A stretch of DNA of 43,939 nucleotides. It comes from Euryarchaeota archaeon UBA550. Lineage in GTDB: Archaea > Thermoplasmatota > Poseidoniia > Poseidoniales > Poseidoniaceae. The first letter of the stretch is position 1; each line of letters opens with the position of its first letter. The position numbers and the translations under genes were made by a program. Shown in pieces: positions 16,123-24,973 of the stretch. The notes below the pieces were generated by a model that saw only the letters and a program-made list of their open reading frames with translations, was not told where the DNA came from and did not search any database. The stretch is from positions 1-43,939 of the forward strand of contig DAYA01000075.1 in NCBI GenBank assembly GCA_002506705.1, written 5' to 3'.

Positions 16123-17859
16123 TCAGAGTCTTTGGTGCATTTTTGCTAGCCTTCCGGGTGTAGATGACCATTCCCAAGCAGGAGCTGAAGCCCTTGCTAA
16201 ACCAACGCACTGCGAGCCTTGCATTACCAACAAATCCTCACCTGCCCTGATTGATTTGTCATATGATTCCAAGTTGACCAAATTCACATCGCCCTTCCAT
16301 TTGATTTCCGGTTTCAAATGAATTCGTTTTAGCGAGTCTGTTGAATCGATTAGCGGTACGCAGGCTTTGGCGATTGAGAAACTGCCTCTTTCTGGAGCCC
16401 ACATTGCAATTTGTTCTCCATCTTTGAGAATTTTCCAACGGGGGAATCTTCCACGAACTTGGATGTCATCCAGCCAGTCATCGTTTAGATGATGGAATCT
16501 TGCGACAGAGCGGAAATTTGCAATATTTATCTGCTCTCCACTTCGCTTTTTCACCTGAATTTGTTCTGAAACAGTAGCTCCTAGAATTTCCAAGGCAGCA
16601 TGATTGGTTGCTGGACTTCCTTTTCTGGTGTCAATAACAGGTAGGGATGATTCATAATCAAATCCAGAATGATTGATTATCACTCTGTAATTGTTCCTTT
16701 CAATAAGTGAATCTAGCATATCTGTAACTCTTTTCATTTCGTCAAGTGTCCAATCTCCAGTAACAGGGATGTCATAATGACCAGCGGGCCATACTTCCTC
16801 CAAATCTCTTGGAACTAAACCAAGAGGAGACGTCACTATAACCTCGTGGGCAGATGAATGGTTTATCGCTCGTCTGAACGCCTTGTGACTTCTTGATGCC
16901 GAGTAAGGTTTTCTCGCAGAGCATGGAAGTAAAATTAGGACATCATCTAGCCCATCGGGTTTCTTGTACCGATTTGAGATGAAATCTACCCAATCCAAAA
17001 TCACAGGTTCATTGTGTGATTCAACACTGTGAATTCTGAGTGCTGTACCTTTGCTAACTACCTGTGAAAGAATTCCTTCTGATTCTGCGATAATTTTGTC
17101 GTGATTCCTCAAGTGTTCAACTAACCTCGGGCTATTCAAGGATTGAGATTGAGCAAGTTCCCTGAGTCGATTATCGGCAATAGCAGAGCGTACATCTGCA
17201 ATCGCACTTTTCCAGTGGGAATTTGTAGATTCATTGTCATGTGCCAATCTTGGACCATTCCATGTAATAACAGCACCATGTGATTCTGCTTGCTTAACCC
17301 TTGTAGTGTCAAACAAATCTACTCCAAACCAAGCGAGGACTGCGCAGTTATCGGGACCACCAATTCCCGGAGTCCACAATAGAGAACCGGGAAATCGATT
17401 TTTGATTACATGTATTGCTTTGACAAGTTGACCCGGTCTATTTGCAAGTTGTAATGCATCGCTTAGAATTACCACATGTGGTTTGAGTTGCGGATCGAGC
17501 AACTCATCATCATGATTCAGAGATTGCCAAGATATCGAAATAATCTCACCCTTGGATGCCACCTCACCTGCATCAGCCTCATCCAATGATGGTGGCAATA
17601 CATGACCAATTGACGCTGAAAGGGTTGGACCGTTATCCTCGGACTCCCAAGGAGCAAATGGAGCCCTTGATTCAAGCTGTATTGTCCTTGGAATTCCTCC
17701 ATCACTAGACACACTAAATGGTGCATAATCAACATCAAAGTCGTCTTCCGTAACAACAAGACCTGGAGTTTTGGATTGAGGACTGGACCTATCGCCCAAA
17801 GCCCACATTCTTGCCATTCTTTGGCGGGCTAAGACTGTTCTACCCAAACCCGCCATCAT
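16123..17859 (-). CDS. arcS: Archaeosine synthase ArcS (TGT-like N-domain, DUF5591-type core, C-terminal PUA)
   Basis: LPCSARKPYSASRSH (16885-16926) matches the published ArcS signature PC-X3-KPY-X2-S-X2-H exactly. The C-terminal part is PUA-like (GDVNLVNLESYDKSIRAGEDLLVMQGSQCVGLARA). The 578 aa length fits ArcS. Confidence 0.8.
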   Translation of the reverse strand: MMAGLGRTVLARQRMARMWALGDRSSPQSKTPGLVVTEDDFDVDYAPFSVSSDGGIPRTIQLESRAPFAPWESEDNGPTLSASIGHVLPPSLDEADAGEVASKGEIISISWQSLNHDDELLDPQLKPHVVILSDALQLANRPGQLVKAIHVIKNRFPGSLLWTPGIGGPDNCAVLAWFGVDLFDTTRVKQAESHGAVITWNGPRLAHDNESTNSHWKSAIADVRSAIADNRLRELAQSQSLNSPRLVEHLRNHDKIIAESEGILSQVVSKGTALRIHSVESHNEPVILDWVDFISNRYKKPDGLDDVLILLPCSARKPYSASRSHKAFRRAINHSSAHEVIVTSPLGLVPRDLEEVWPAGHYDIPVTGDWTLDEMKRVTDMLDSLIERNNYRVIINHSGFDYESSLPVIDTRKGSPATNHAALEILGATVSEQIQVKKRSGEQINIANFRSVARFHHLNDDWLDDIQVRGRFPRWKILKDGEQIAMWAPERGSFSIAKACVPLIDSTDSLKRIHLKPEIKWKGDVNLVNLESYDKSIRAGEDLLVMQGSQCVGLARASAPAWEWSSTPGRLAKMHQRL

Positions 17860-17921
17860 GACTTTCCACTAGTATGCTATTCTTGAATGATTTGAAGGAT
17901 GATGAGGTTACCGCCCCAATC

Positions 17922-19961
17922 ATGGGAAGAGTCACATGGTGGCTGGTCAGCATGATTCTAATCATGCCCGTAGTAGCCGCTGGCCAATCCCATGTCTACA
18001 ATACCAGCGATGGTGACGTTTGGTTTGATTGTGAAAACTCTTGGGCTAATATCACTACCGAAGACGGCAGTTTAGTCGGAAACGGCAGTGATTTCACTGC
18101 GACGATTGAAGAAGGTAACCACACCGTTTCATTTGAAGAGCAAAACAAATGCCAATTCGTAATTCCTGTAAATGGCGACTTGCCGAACATGAGGCCCGCC
18201 CCTACAGATTCTTTTGAAGCACTGAATACACACGTCTGCAGTCAATCAGATTACCAAAGTGATTCATGTGATAAGTACCTAGTATCTGGTAATGTAAGCG
18301 ATGGCGACGATGATATTTTCGCAGTTGATGTATCTAAGGGTCAATTAGTATCTGTGATGCTAAGTGCAGCATCTTCTGCAATCGAGATTGAGGTTCATTT
18401 CCAAAACGAACTTAGTGAAACTAAATTGAATAGTGGGATATCAATTGCACTAAACACATCAATCTCAGAAACAAACCAAATATTAATTCCAGCTACTGAG
18501 GATGGAAGAGTTCTGTTTACTGTATCTAGTCCGCATCAGGGAACACTATGGATGACAAGCCTAGAGATTTTTACTACCGGAGGACATGACCTTTTGACCG
18601 GTCTAGGCGACATATCAGGAGTAGGAAATGTATCTTATCAATTTGGATTGAGTGAAGATGAATCGATTCTAGTAACTTCATCTGAAGACATCACCAACGG
18701 TGTAAATTTAGGACTCAAATACCGCTACGCATTCACTGAGACACTATTTTCTGAGTGGAATAACATATCTTCAACCGGTGTAATTGCTGGAATAGACAGT
18801 ATCATCGGAATCGAACTGTGGTGGGATTGTGACTGTGAGTGGAAGTCCACTCTCATCCATAGGACACACTTTGATGCCGGATGGCAAGGAGATGCCCCTG
18901 GATTCAAGCCACTTTCAGCAATGAGTGACAATTCATCCTATCCATTGATTCCAATGGATGGCACTCCATATGTTGGAGAAATAACACTCTTTATGGATGA
19001 TTATCAAGACGTACTAAGGGTAGAGACAAGCGGTTGGAATGAATCAGTGCATCTAGTTGATGTAACTGTTGAAGGAGATGTTTACGAACTGCAAGTATTG
19101 ATATTGAACATGGACCAAAACACCTGGGATGTTTTGGACCAAGTATCAGCAACATACTCAATGGACAAGATTAGAATCACCCTCGATGTAGGATTGGGGA
19201 CTCATTTCGTGAAAATTCAACACCAAAACGGTAGTTCTGCACTCGATGAAAATGCAGAATCATTGGATTGGACAGTACGCATTAACACCGCAGTTCTCGA
19301 AGAGGGAGAAGAACCATGGTTCCCAGCATCAAATGCTGTGAAAGAAGCAGCAGACGTATTCTATTGGTTGATTGGGTTACTTCTAATTTTACCATTCATA
19401 ATTTTCTACATCAATGTAAACAATAACAAAAAATTCGCTGAAGAATTTGCAAGAAAGAAAAACAGATTGCAATGGTTAAGCGACAAATTGGATGAAGGAG
19501 AATTCTCTCCTACAGACCTTTCTAGAGCACTGAAGTCAGTATCTTCCTTAGAATGGGAAGAGGCATTAGAAGTCTGGGGCCAGCCCGAGACTAGACATTA
19601 CACCAATGGAATTGACATGGCAGTTTGGGCGCTAGATGAAAGGATTTCAGATTCGGGTTCATGGCCAATTCTAATTGGACTTACACCTCAAGATTACGAA
19701 TGGAGTGTTGCTGCTCTAAAATTCGAGGCTAATGAGGGCACAGACTGGACTGTTAGCAGTGTTGAGCCAAAACTACTTTCAAGAGCAAACGAGGTTTTCT
19801 TGGATACCATTTTCACCAACGCTCGAGTATTCATTCGCGTCGATTTATCTGGCAATGCAAAGTCACTAGACGTATATCTATCTGGAATGGTTAATGGTGA
19901 ACCTATCGCAGCAAAGCCTGCAAATACGATATATCGTAACTCTGCGGAATCCGAAGAATGA
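17922..19961 (+). CDS. Hypothetical surface protein: signal peptide, ~480 aa ectodomain, one TM helix, ~190 aa cytoplasmic domain
   Basis: The ATG at 17922 gives MGRVTWWLVSMILIMPVVAAG; the track start at 17874 is also an ATG. The TM helix is VFYWLIGLLLILPFIIFYINV. The cytoplasmic part begins with a SHOCT-like helix pair (RLQWLSDKLDEGEFSPTDLSRAL). Confidence 0.65.
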   Translation: MGRVTWWLVSMILIMPVVAAGQSHVYNTSDGDVWFDCENSWANITTEDGSLVGNGSDFTATIEEGNHTVSFEEQNKCQFVIPVNGDLPNMRPAPTDSFEALNTHVCSQSDYQSDSCDKYLVSGNVSDGDDDIFAVDVSKGQLVSVMLSAASSAIEIEVHFQNELSETKLNSGISIALNTSISETNQILIPATEDGRVLFTVSSPHQGTLWMTSLEIFTTGGHDLLTGLGDISGVGNVSYQFGLSEDESILVTSSEDITNGVNLGLKYRYAFTETLFSEWNNISSTGVIAGIDSIIGIELWWDCDCEWKSTLIHRTHFDAGWQGDAPGFKPLSAMSDNSSYPLIPMDGTPYVGEITLFMDDYQDVLRVETSGWNESVHLVDVTVEGDVYELQVLILNMDQNTWDVLDQVSATYSMDKIRITLDVGLGTHFVKIQHQNGSSALDENAESLDWTVRINTAVLEEGEEPWFPASNAVKEAADVFYWLIGLLLILPFIIFYINVNNNKKFAEEFARKKNRLQWLSDKLDEGEFSPTDLSRALKSVSSLEWEEALEVWGQPETRHYTNGIDMAVWALDERISDSGSWPILIGLTPQDYEWSVAALKFEANEGTDWTVSSVEPKLLSRANEVFLDTIFTNARVFIRVDLSGNAKSLDVYLSGMVNGEPIAAKPANTIYRNSAESEE

Positions 19962-21086
19962 CTATCTTCTTCTTTCTGAGGCATCGTCCATTATTCTGTC
20001 AACTACGTCTTTTGTCCCCGATAAGTTAACGCGGAGTTGTTCTAGAGATTTTTTTGTTGCTTTGTCGAATTTTTTCGGCATGTGGAGTTTGCACAATACA
20101 ACAACATCTCCTCTTCCAATACCGCGACTAGACGGCACTCCTCTCGAGTTGATAGTGATAGTATCGCCTGAATTTGTTCCTGCTGGGACTTTGATTAGCA
20201 AATCCTTACCATCGATATGTGGAAGTTTCACAGTCGTACCCAAGGCGAGGTCACTAAATCCAAGAGGTAGCGACATTATCAAATCCATTCCATTCCTTTC
20301 AAACCAAGGATGTTCCTCAACAATCAGTTCTATGAATAAATCACCGGGGATTCCACGACCGAAGGGAGCAGGTTGCCCTTTTCCTCGCATTCGTAAGCGA
20401 GTTCCATCTTGGGCACCAGCTGGAATATTGAAACGTAGAACCTGAGATTCACTTTGAGTCCCACCACCTGAACAAGGCTTACATCTATCTTTGAATGTAC
20501 GACCTGAGCCATTACAATTTGGACAACTGCGGACTGAATCTTGAACGAACGGCCCAATTTGTTGCCGGATCCTAACCTGTCCTGAACCATTACATTCAGA
20601 ACACTGCGTTGTGACACCACCCTTTGCTCCTGTACCCTTACAATCCGAGCAAATCGTAGGCAGATCGATTTCTATCTCGTCCTTGCCACCTTCGAGAACT
20701 GATTCCAATGAAATCTCGTGCCGCACCAATATATCGTTGCCTTGGCTTTGTGCTGACCTCCTGCGGCCACCTCCAAAAATATTGGAAAAGAAATCTCCAC
20801 CTAATATGTCATCAAGGTTGATATTGAATCCTTGGAATCCTCCGGGACCAAAAGGAGAGCCACCGGGTGAATTATGGCCGAATCGATCGTAATTCCTACG
20901 CTTTTCAGAATCTGAGAGAACAGCGTATGCCTCCTGAATTTCTTTGAATTTTTCATCAGCATCAGGAGCATCGTTTTTGTCAGGATGATACTTTCTAGCC
21001 AGTGACCTAAATGCCTTTTTTAACTCCTTATCATCTGCATCTTTGGTGACACCGAGAACCTCGTAGTAGTCCCGCTTCTCTGACAT
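19962..21086 (-). CDS. dnaJ: Chaperone DnaJ (type I Hsp40)
   Basis: J domain: DYYEVLGV...KYHPDKN. G/F-rich linker. Four CxxCxGxG repeats: [32 protein letters not shown]. The ATG at 21086 has GAGGTGAT 4 nt upstream. The track start at 21155 is an extension. Confidence 0.92.
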   Translation of the reverse strand: MSEKRDYYEVLGVTKDADDKELKKAFRSLARKYHPDKNDAPDADEKFKEIQEAYAVLSDSEKRRNYDRFGHNSPGGSPFGPGGFQGFNINLDDILGGDFFSNIFGGGRRRSAQSQGNDILVRHEISLESVLEGGKDEIEIDLPTICSDCKGTGAKGGVTTQCSECNGSGQVRIRQQIGPFVQDSVRSCPNCNGSGRTFKDRCKPCSGGGTQSESQVLRFNIPAGAQDGTRLRMRGKGQPAPFGRGIPGDLFIELIVEEHPWFERNGMDLIMSLPLGFSDLALGTTVKLPHIDGKDLLIKVPAGTNSGDTITINSRGVPSSRGIGRGDVVVLCKLHMPKKFDKATKKSLEQLRVNLSGTKDVVDRIMDDASERRR

Positions 21087-21138
21087 GATATCACCTCGTA
21101 CAATATATCTGGTAGGGCAGGGGTTCTTCAGTCCAACG

Positions 21139-22056
21139 CTACAATTCACTTCCACAATTCATACAAAATCGCTCGCCTACAGAGTTTGGAGCATTGCAAA
21201 CTCTGCAGGTAGGCTTTGGAGCGAACCCAGAGTTTGGGTCATTTGGTTTTGTTGAAGAAACACCAAATGCCATCTCCTCTATTGAGACTCCTCTTTGAAC
21301 AGGGGCACTAACCTGATTCGTTTCTTCATCGATAGTGACAGATTCTGCACCATATTCTGTCATAGAAATCATTTCCATTGGCACCGGTTTCTTCTCCTCA
21401 GACTCTATTGGTTGGATTGGAGCAATAGGTCGTTGAGCAATCACAGGTGAATGATCACTCCTTGCCTGTAACTTTGCTCGCTTTGTTGCATCCCTTTCGG
21501 CTTTTCGATCTCTACCCCTTAGTGATGCAATCCAATCCAAGAATGAATCCATAGGCGAAGGTTTTCTCACCGAGCCCACCGTGGAATTTACTCCACTCTC
21601 TCCAAATTGTTCATCACCTGAAACGCGAGCCTGAGCTCTCCTTACGTGTTCGGCATCGACAAGCATTTCAACCTGTACTTCGGTGTTGATCTCTGTATCT
21701 GAGTTAGTAGAATAGGAACCGACTGCTGAACCAACTTTCCCTTTGAGATTAGCCTCTGCTTCCATTGAAAGGTTGGTATCCATAACCACGTCTTTTTCCC
21801 AGACGCCACTTTCTTCTGCCTTGAAGTGGCCTCCAACAGATTTTACAGCACGACTCCTCTGCCATTCATGGTCTCGAACAACTCTCGTCTTTCTGTATAG
21901 AAGGTACCCAACTCCAAACGCCCCTATGTGTAATCCGATGTCCAGGTTGTTTGATACTGCCATCATATCTCCGAGGGGATCTACGATGAACCTCAATGCG
22001 TTTAGTACGATTACAGGTGTGAATAACATCACTATGGAAGTAACCTGTCTCGCCAT
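21139..22056 (-). CDS. Hypothetical membrane protein: two N-terminal TM helices, long cytoplasmic region, C-terminal zinc ribbon
   Basis: The TM helices are [18 protein letters not shown] and [15 protein letters not shown]. The protein ends with [22 protein letters not shown] (CxxC-x10-CxxC). An SD-like GGAGAGGT lies upstream of the ATG at 22056. Confidence 0.6.
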   Translation of the reverse strand: MARQVTSIVMLFTPVIVLNALRFIVDPLGDMMAVSNNLDIGLHIGAFGVGYLLYRKTRVVRDHEWQRSRAVKSVGGHFKAEESGVWEKDVVMDTNLSMEAEANLKGKVGSAVGSYSTNSDTEINTEVQVEMLVDAEHVRRAQARVSGDEQFGESGVNSTVGSVRKPSPMDSFLDWIASLRGRDRKAERDATKRAKLQARSDHSPVIAQRPIAPIQPIESEEKKPVPMEMISMTEYGAESVTIDEETNQVSAPVQRGVSIEEMAFGVSSTKPNDPNSGFAPKPTCRVCNAPNSVGERFCMNCGSEL

Positions 22057-22097
22057 CTAACCTCTCCTTATCCGTTTCATCAATGAAAGTTTGTGTA

Positions 22098-23072
22098 TCA
22101 TGTACGGTCAGTTGGTGCCTTACCGCTTCGAATCAAACCATCAAACATACCAATTGTAAATGCAGTGTGGAGCATCACTAAGCAAATTGGTATGCCAATA
22201 ATGGATGAAAGACTAGACCTAGAGTATAATACTCCTGAAATTACCAGTGCTAGTAGATAAGCAACAGGAGCATACCACCACTCAGGTAAAACGAATATGA
22301 GGAGTAAGCCAAATAGAGGTAACAATTCTCTTGGGTCCATTCTTTTTGGGTGTTTTAATACAACCTTTGTTCGCCAAAAACCATACCTGTGGCACATTTT
22401 CCACCAATTTTTGAGAGAGGAGCGTTTGTGCATGTAAACACAGGAAACATCCGAACGCCATAGTTGCCATCCCGCTGAAATTAGCCTCATTGACAAATCG
22501 CTATCTTGACTAGTAATGAATCTCTCATCCCATCCACCTACCGATTTCAGGGCCTCGACATTGTGCAAACAAAATGCAGGCACCTTTGTTTTATGGCGTC
22601 CTTCGAATCTTTGGAATTGGCCTCCACCCGAACCGATTGGAGACCTAAGAGCCCCTTCAATCCATGAAGAAACGTGATCATCAGAATCTGCGGATTCAGT
22701 TAAACACCCAATTGCTCCAACCCTTTTCCCTAAGGTTGTCTCTAAGTCAATGAGGTCATTCACCCTCTTCTCGACATGGTCACTGTCTATCCATGAATGA
22801 CCAATGAGCTCTAGGCAATGTGTGATGTCGTCTTCTAAGTGTTCTAAAGCTAGATTCCTTGCATTGGGAACACGCTTTCCTGGGTTATCAATTACACGAA
22901 TAGAATCCCCATAACTATCTAGAATATTCAGTGTTGAATCAGTTGAACCACCATCGAGTACCATTATCTTGACTGGTATGGTTTGTGCTAGGAGACTATC
23001 GATGCATCTCCTGATGAACTTCTCTTCATTTAGGACGGGTATAACTACGCATACCCGAATCTGCATGGACAT
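22098..23072 (-). CDS. Family 2 glycosyltransferase with C-terminal TM helices
   Basis: VCVVIPVLNEEKFIRRCIDSLLAQT and VLDGGSTDST are typical GT2 N-terminal motifs. Hydrophobic helices lie near the C-terminus. The ATG at 23072 (MSMQIRV) is preferred over the track start at 23105. Confidence 0.8.
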   Translation of the reverse strand: MSMQIRVCVVIPVLNEEKFIRRCIDSLLAQTIPVKIMVLDGGSTDSTLNILDSYGDSIRVIDNPGKRVPNARNLALEHLEDDITHCLELIGHSWIDSDHVEKRVNDLIDLETTLGKRVGAIGCLTESADSDDHVSSWIEGALRSPIGSGGGQFQRFEGRHKTKVPAFCLHNVEALKSVGGWDERFITSQDSDLSMRLISAGWQLWRSDVSCVYMHKRSSLKNWWKMCHRYGFWRTKVVLKHPKRMDPRELLPLFGLLLIFVLPEWWYAPVAYLLALVISGVLYSRSSLSSIIGIPICLVMLHTAFTIGMFDGLIRSGKAPTDRT

Positions 23073-23141
23073 TCCTGTTTGACTTCTAGTTGTCAATGTT
23101 AGCATAATAAATTCATTGAGTAAGTAGTTCTGGGGGGTTAC

Positions 23142-23648
23142 ATGCCGAGGCTGAAACTAACCGCTATCGACGAAGGTTACAATGTCGTGGTGTCAACTAG
23201 GCTACTTGGTGCAGACGACCCGAGCTTAGTTTACGATGCAATATTGAAATTATTTCCAGATTTCACCTGTGGTCTCCCTGAAAACCCAAAATTCCCCAGC
23301 GAACAAGATGACATATTGGCATCTGATAATGTAAGCATGCAAACATTCCTAGAGGTTATTCACAATCAGTTTATTCTTGACACTGCCCTGGACTACATGT
23401 CAGCAAACCTAGATGAGAATGGAACAGTGTTTCACATTTCGAGGCAGGCTGCAATGGCCGGGAAGGTCGCTTTCCCACTTCCAGGAGAAAACCCACTAGG
23501 CGGCCTAATTACAATAGAAATCGAAGGTGATAATCTGGGCGATTGGCTTGAAGCTGCTACTTGGCATAGCGGCCGTGAAAACATACCGAGAAGAATTGGT
23601 GATGAGTTTTCTATGCTAAGCGATGGTGATGCTTCAACCTGGCACTGA
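23142..23648 (+). CDS. UPF0201/COG1931 family protein (putative RNA-binding, DUF54-like)
   Basis: SMQTFLEVIHNQFILDTALDYMSANLDENGTVFHISRQAAMAGKVAF...NPLGGLITIEIEGDNLGDWLEAAT matches the conserved blocks of archaeal UPF0201 proteins as I remember them (HKQAA-VG--SF, SPLGAI, DWLAP-T). It has a ~28 aa C-terminal extension that overlaps the convergent gene. Confidence 0.6.
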   Translation: MPRLKLTAIDEGYNVVVSTRLLGADDPSLVYDAILKLFPDFTCGLPENPKFPSEQDDILASDNVSMQTFLEVIHNQFILDTALDYMSANLDENGTVFHISRQAAMAGKVAFPLPGENPLGGLITIEIEGDNLGDWLEAATWHSGRENIPRRIGDEFSMLSDGDASTWH

Positions 23649-24558
23649 TGGCTTCTGCAATATCCCTATCAGGTCCAAGCCATTCTACTTCATCAGGGCC
23701 ATCGCACCATTGTGTTTTGTCGTGTACGTGAAGTTTCATATCCCCACTGGAAATGAAACACTCCATAACGTGAAGCCGAACAACGACATCACCGTGGTCA
23801 AAAATCCATTTTCCAATCATTTCACCTGTAGTAACATCGAGTTCTAACTCTTCTTTGATTTCTCTAATCAAACACATTGAAGCATTTTCTCCATCCTCGA
23901 ATTTGCCACCGGGAAACTCCCACCAACCCGCATGCTTCTCTGATTGGGCCCTTCTGGCCGCTAAGAACTTACCATCCTGAATAATTGCTCCCGCACCAAC
24001 ATCGAGACAAGGCGGTCTAAGCATGCGATCTAAGCACTGCAGAGCAAGGCCTTTTGCATCGTTTTGCGCTAACGGCAGGTGAAGGAAAAAACAAGGCGTT
24101 CCATCAGAAATATTCAGCAATGTCCTGTAAAGAGTCTCGTTGCAGATATATTCACCTGCATCCTCACTTACGACAGGTGAATCAATCATCGAAGGTATGT
24201 CCCAATCATGATGGTTTATTGTTGAAAATAAGTCCCCTTTTCCACTTATTTTCGTATTAATAACCTGTCTTCCTGAATTATCAGGAATTCTAAAATCCAG
24301 TATGTCTCTAGCCTTGATTTCAATTCGAGGATGTGCAGAATTAGCAGCCAAACCAATGTGAAGAATTGCAGCAAATTCCTCCTTTTCAAGCATGCAAGCA
24401 ACTCTATTGCTGCCGTCAAAATCTACTGAAAGAACTAGTGAGCGTATTTTGTGCCCACGTACTTCCATGCCATCAAGAGATTTAGCAACACTCTCAGAGA
24501 CGTTTATCTCATGTTCTCCGAATGCTTCGAAACCGGTAACAAGAATCGGCTTCGCCAT
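23611..24558 (-). CDS. pcp: Fusion protein: pyroglutamyl peptidase I (peptidase C15) N-domain + MutT-type NUDIX hydrolase C-domain
   Basis: - N-domain: MAKPILVTGFEAFG, IEIKA (Glu), AGEYICNETLY (Cys) and FFLHLP (His), which together make the PCP catalytic triad context.
- C-domain: GWWEFPGGKFEDGENASMCLIREIKEELEL is a full Nudix box (23845-23913) of the MutT/NudG type.
- It is a single uninterrupted 315 aa ORF. Confidence 0.8.
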   Translation of the reverse strand: MAKPILVTGFEAFGEHEINVSESVAKSLDGMEVRGHKIRSLVLSVDFDGSNRVACMLEKEEFAAILHIGLAANSAHPRIEIKARDILDFRIPDNSGRQVINTKISGKGDLFSTINHHDWDIPSMIDSPVVSEDAGEYICNETLYRTLLNISDGTPCFFLHLPLAQNDAKGLALQCLDRMLRPPCLDVGAGAIIQDGKFLAARRAQSEKHAGWWEFPGGKFEDGENASMCLIREIKEELELDVTTGEMIGKWIFDHGDVVVRLHVMECFISSGDMKLHVHDKTQWCDGPDEVEWLGPDRDIAEAISARLKHHHRLA

Positions 24559-24634
24559 GTGTCATCTCAGTAATAGCACTGCAATGAGTATTTGCGTCGC
24601 CACATTGACAAGTGATACCACTTTGGACAATACT

Positions 24635-24973
24635 ATGCAGGACGATGATATGGCTCTAGAAGTCGTCGTCCCGGTAGACGAAAAGGACGTCGATTCGATT
24701 GCATTAGGAAAGACAATTTGGAATGAGATTACGGCTGGAGTTGGAATATGGGGAGCATTTAGACCAGTCTTTGCAGTAGCATTGTCTCTAGTTCCATTTT
24801 TGTTCCTAGGCCAACATTTCAATCGTAAACATCGAAGAGGATTTGATTGGTTTTTACTTCAGATACCGCTAGCATTCACGCTAGTTCTTTGGGTACTACT
24901 TTACGTTTGGTCAGTGTTTGATGCCTGGAGAGATGCTAGCGTTAACGTCGCAAACAGTCATGACCAAAGTTGA
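24635..24973 (+). CDS. Possible small membrane protein (two TM helices)
   Basis: The distal part of track ORF 24392-24973 starts at the ATG at 24635 (MQDDDMALEVV...). It has two hydrophobic helices (VFAVALSLVPFLFLG, LLQIPLAFTLVLWVLLYVWSVF). The proximal part of the ORF is antisense to pcp. Weak call. Confidence 0.35.
   Translation: MQDDDMALEVVVPVDEKDVDSIALGKTIWNEITAGVGIWGAFRPVFAVALSLVPFLFLGQHFNRKHRRGFDWFLLQIPLAFTLVLWVLLYVWSVFDAWRDASVNVANSHDQS

Noticed and set aside
19894-20445. 183 aa plus-strand ORF overlapping dnaJ
   Set aside because: It is antisense to the dnaJ C-terminal domain. dnaJ is unambiguous, and the ORF shows no motifs.
22074-22089. Short inverted repeat TTTCAT-CA-ATGAAA between the GT2 gene and the zinc-ribbon membrane protein gene
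   Set aside because: It has only 6 bp arms and a 2 nt spacer, is AT-rich and is likely to occur by chance. It cannot form a stable hairpin and is not repeated elsewhere in the window.
24392-24634. Upstream 81 codons of track ORF 24392-24973
   Set aside because: This part is antisense to the N-terminal coding region of the pcp-NUDIX gene. Only the distal part after 24635, which carries the two hydrophobic helices, is kept, at low confidence.
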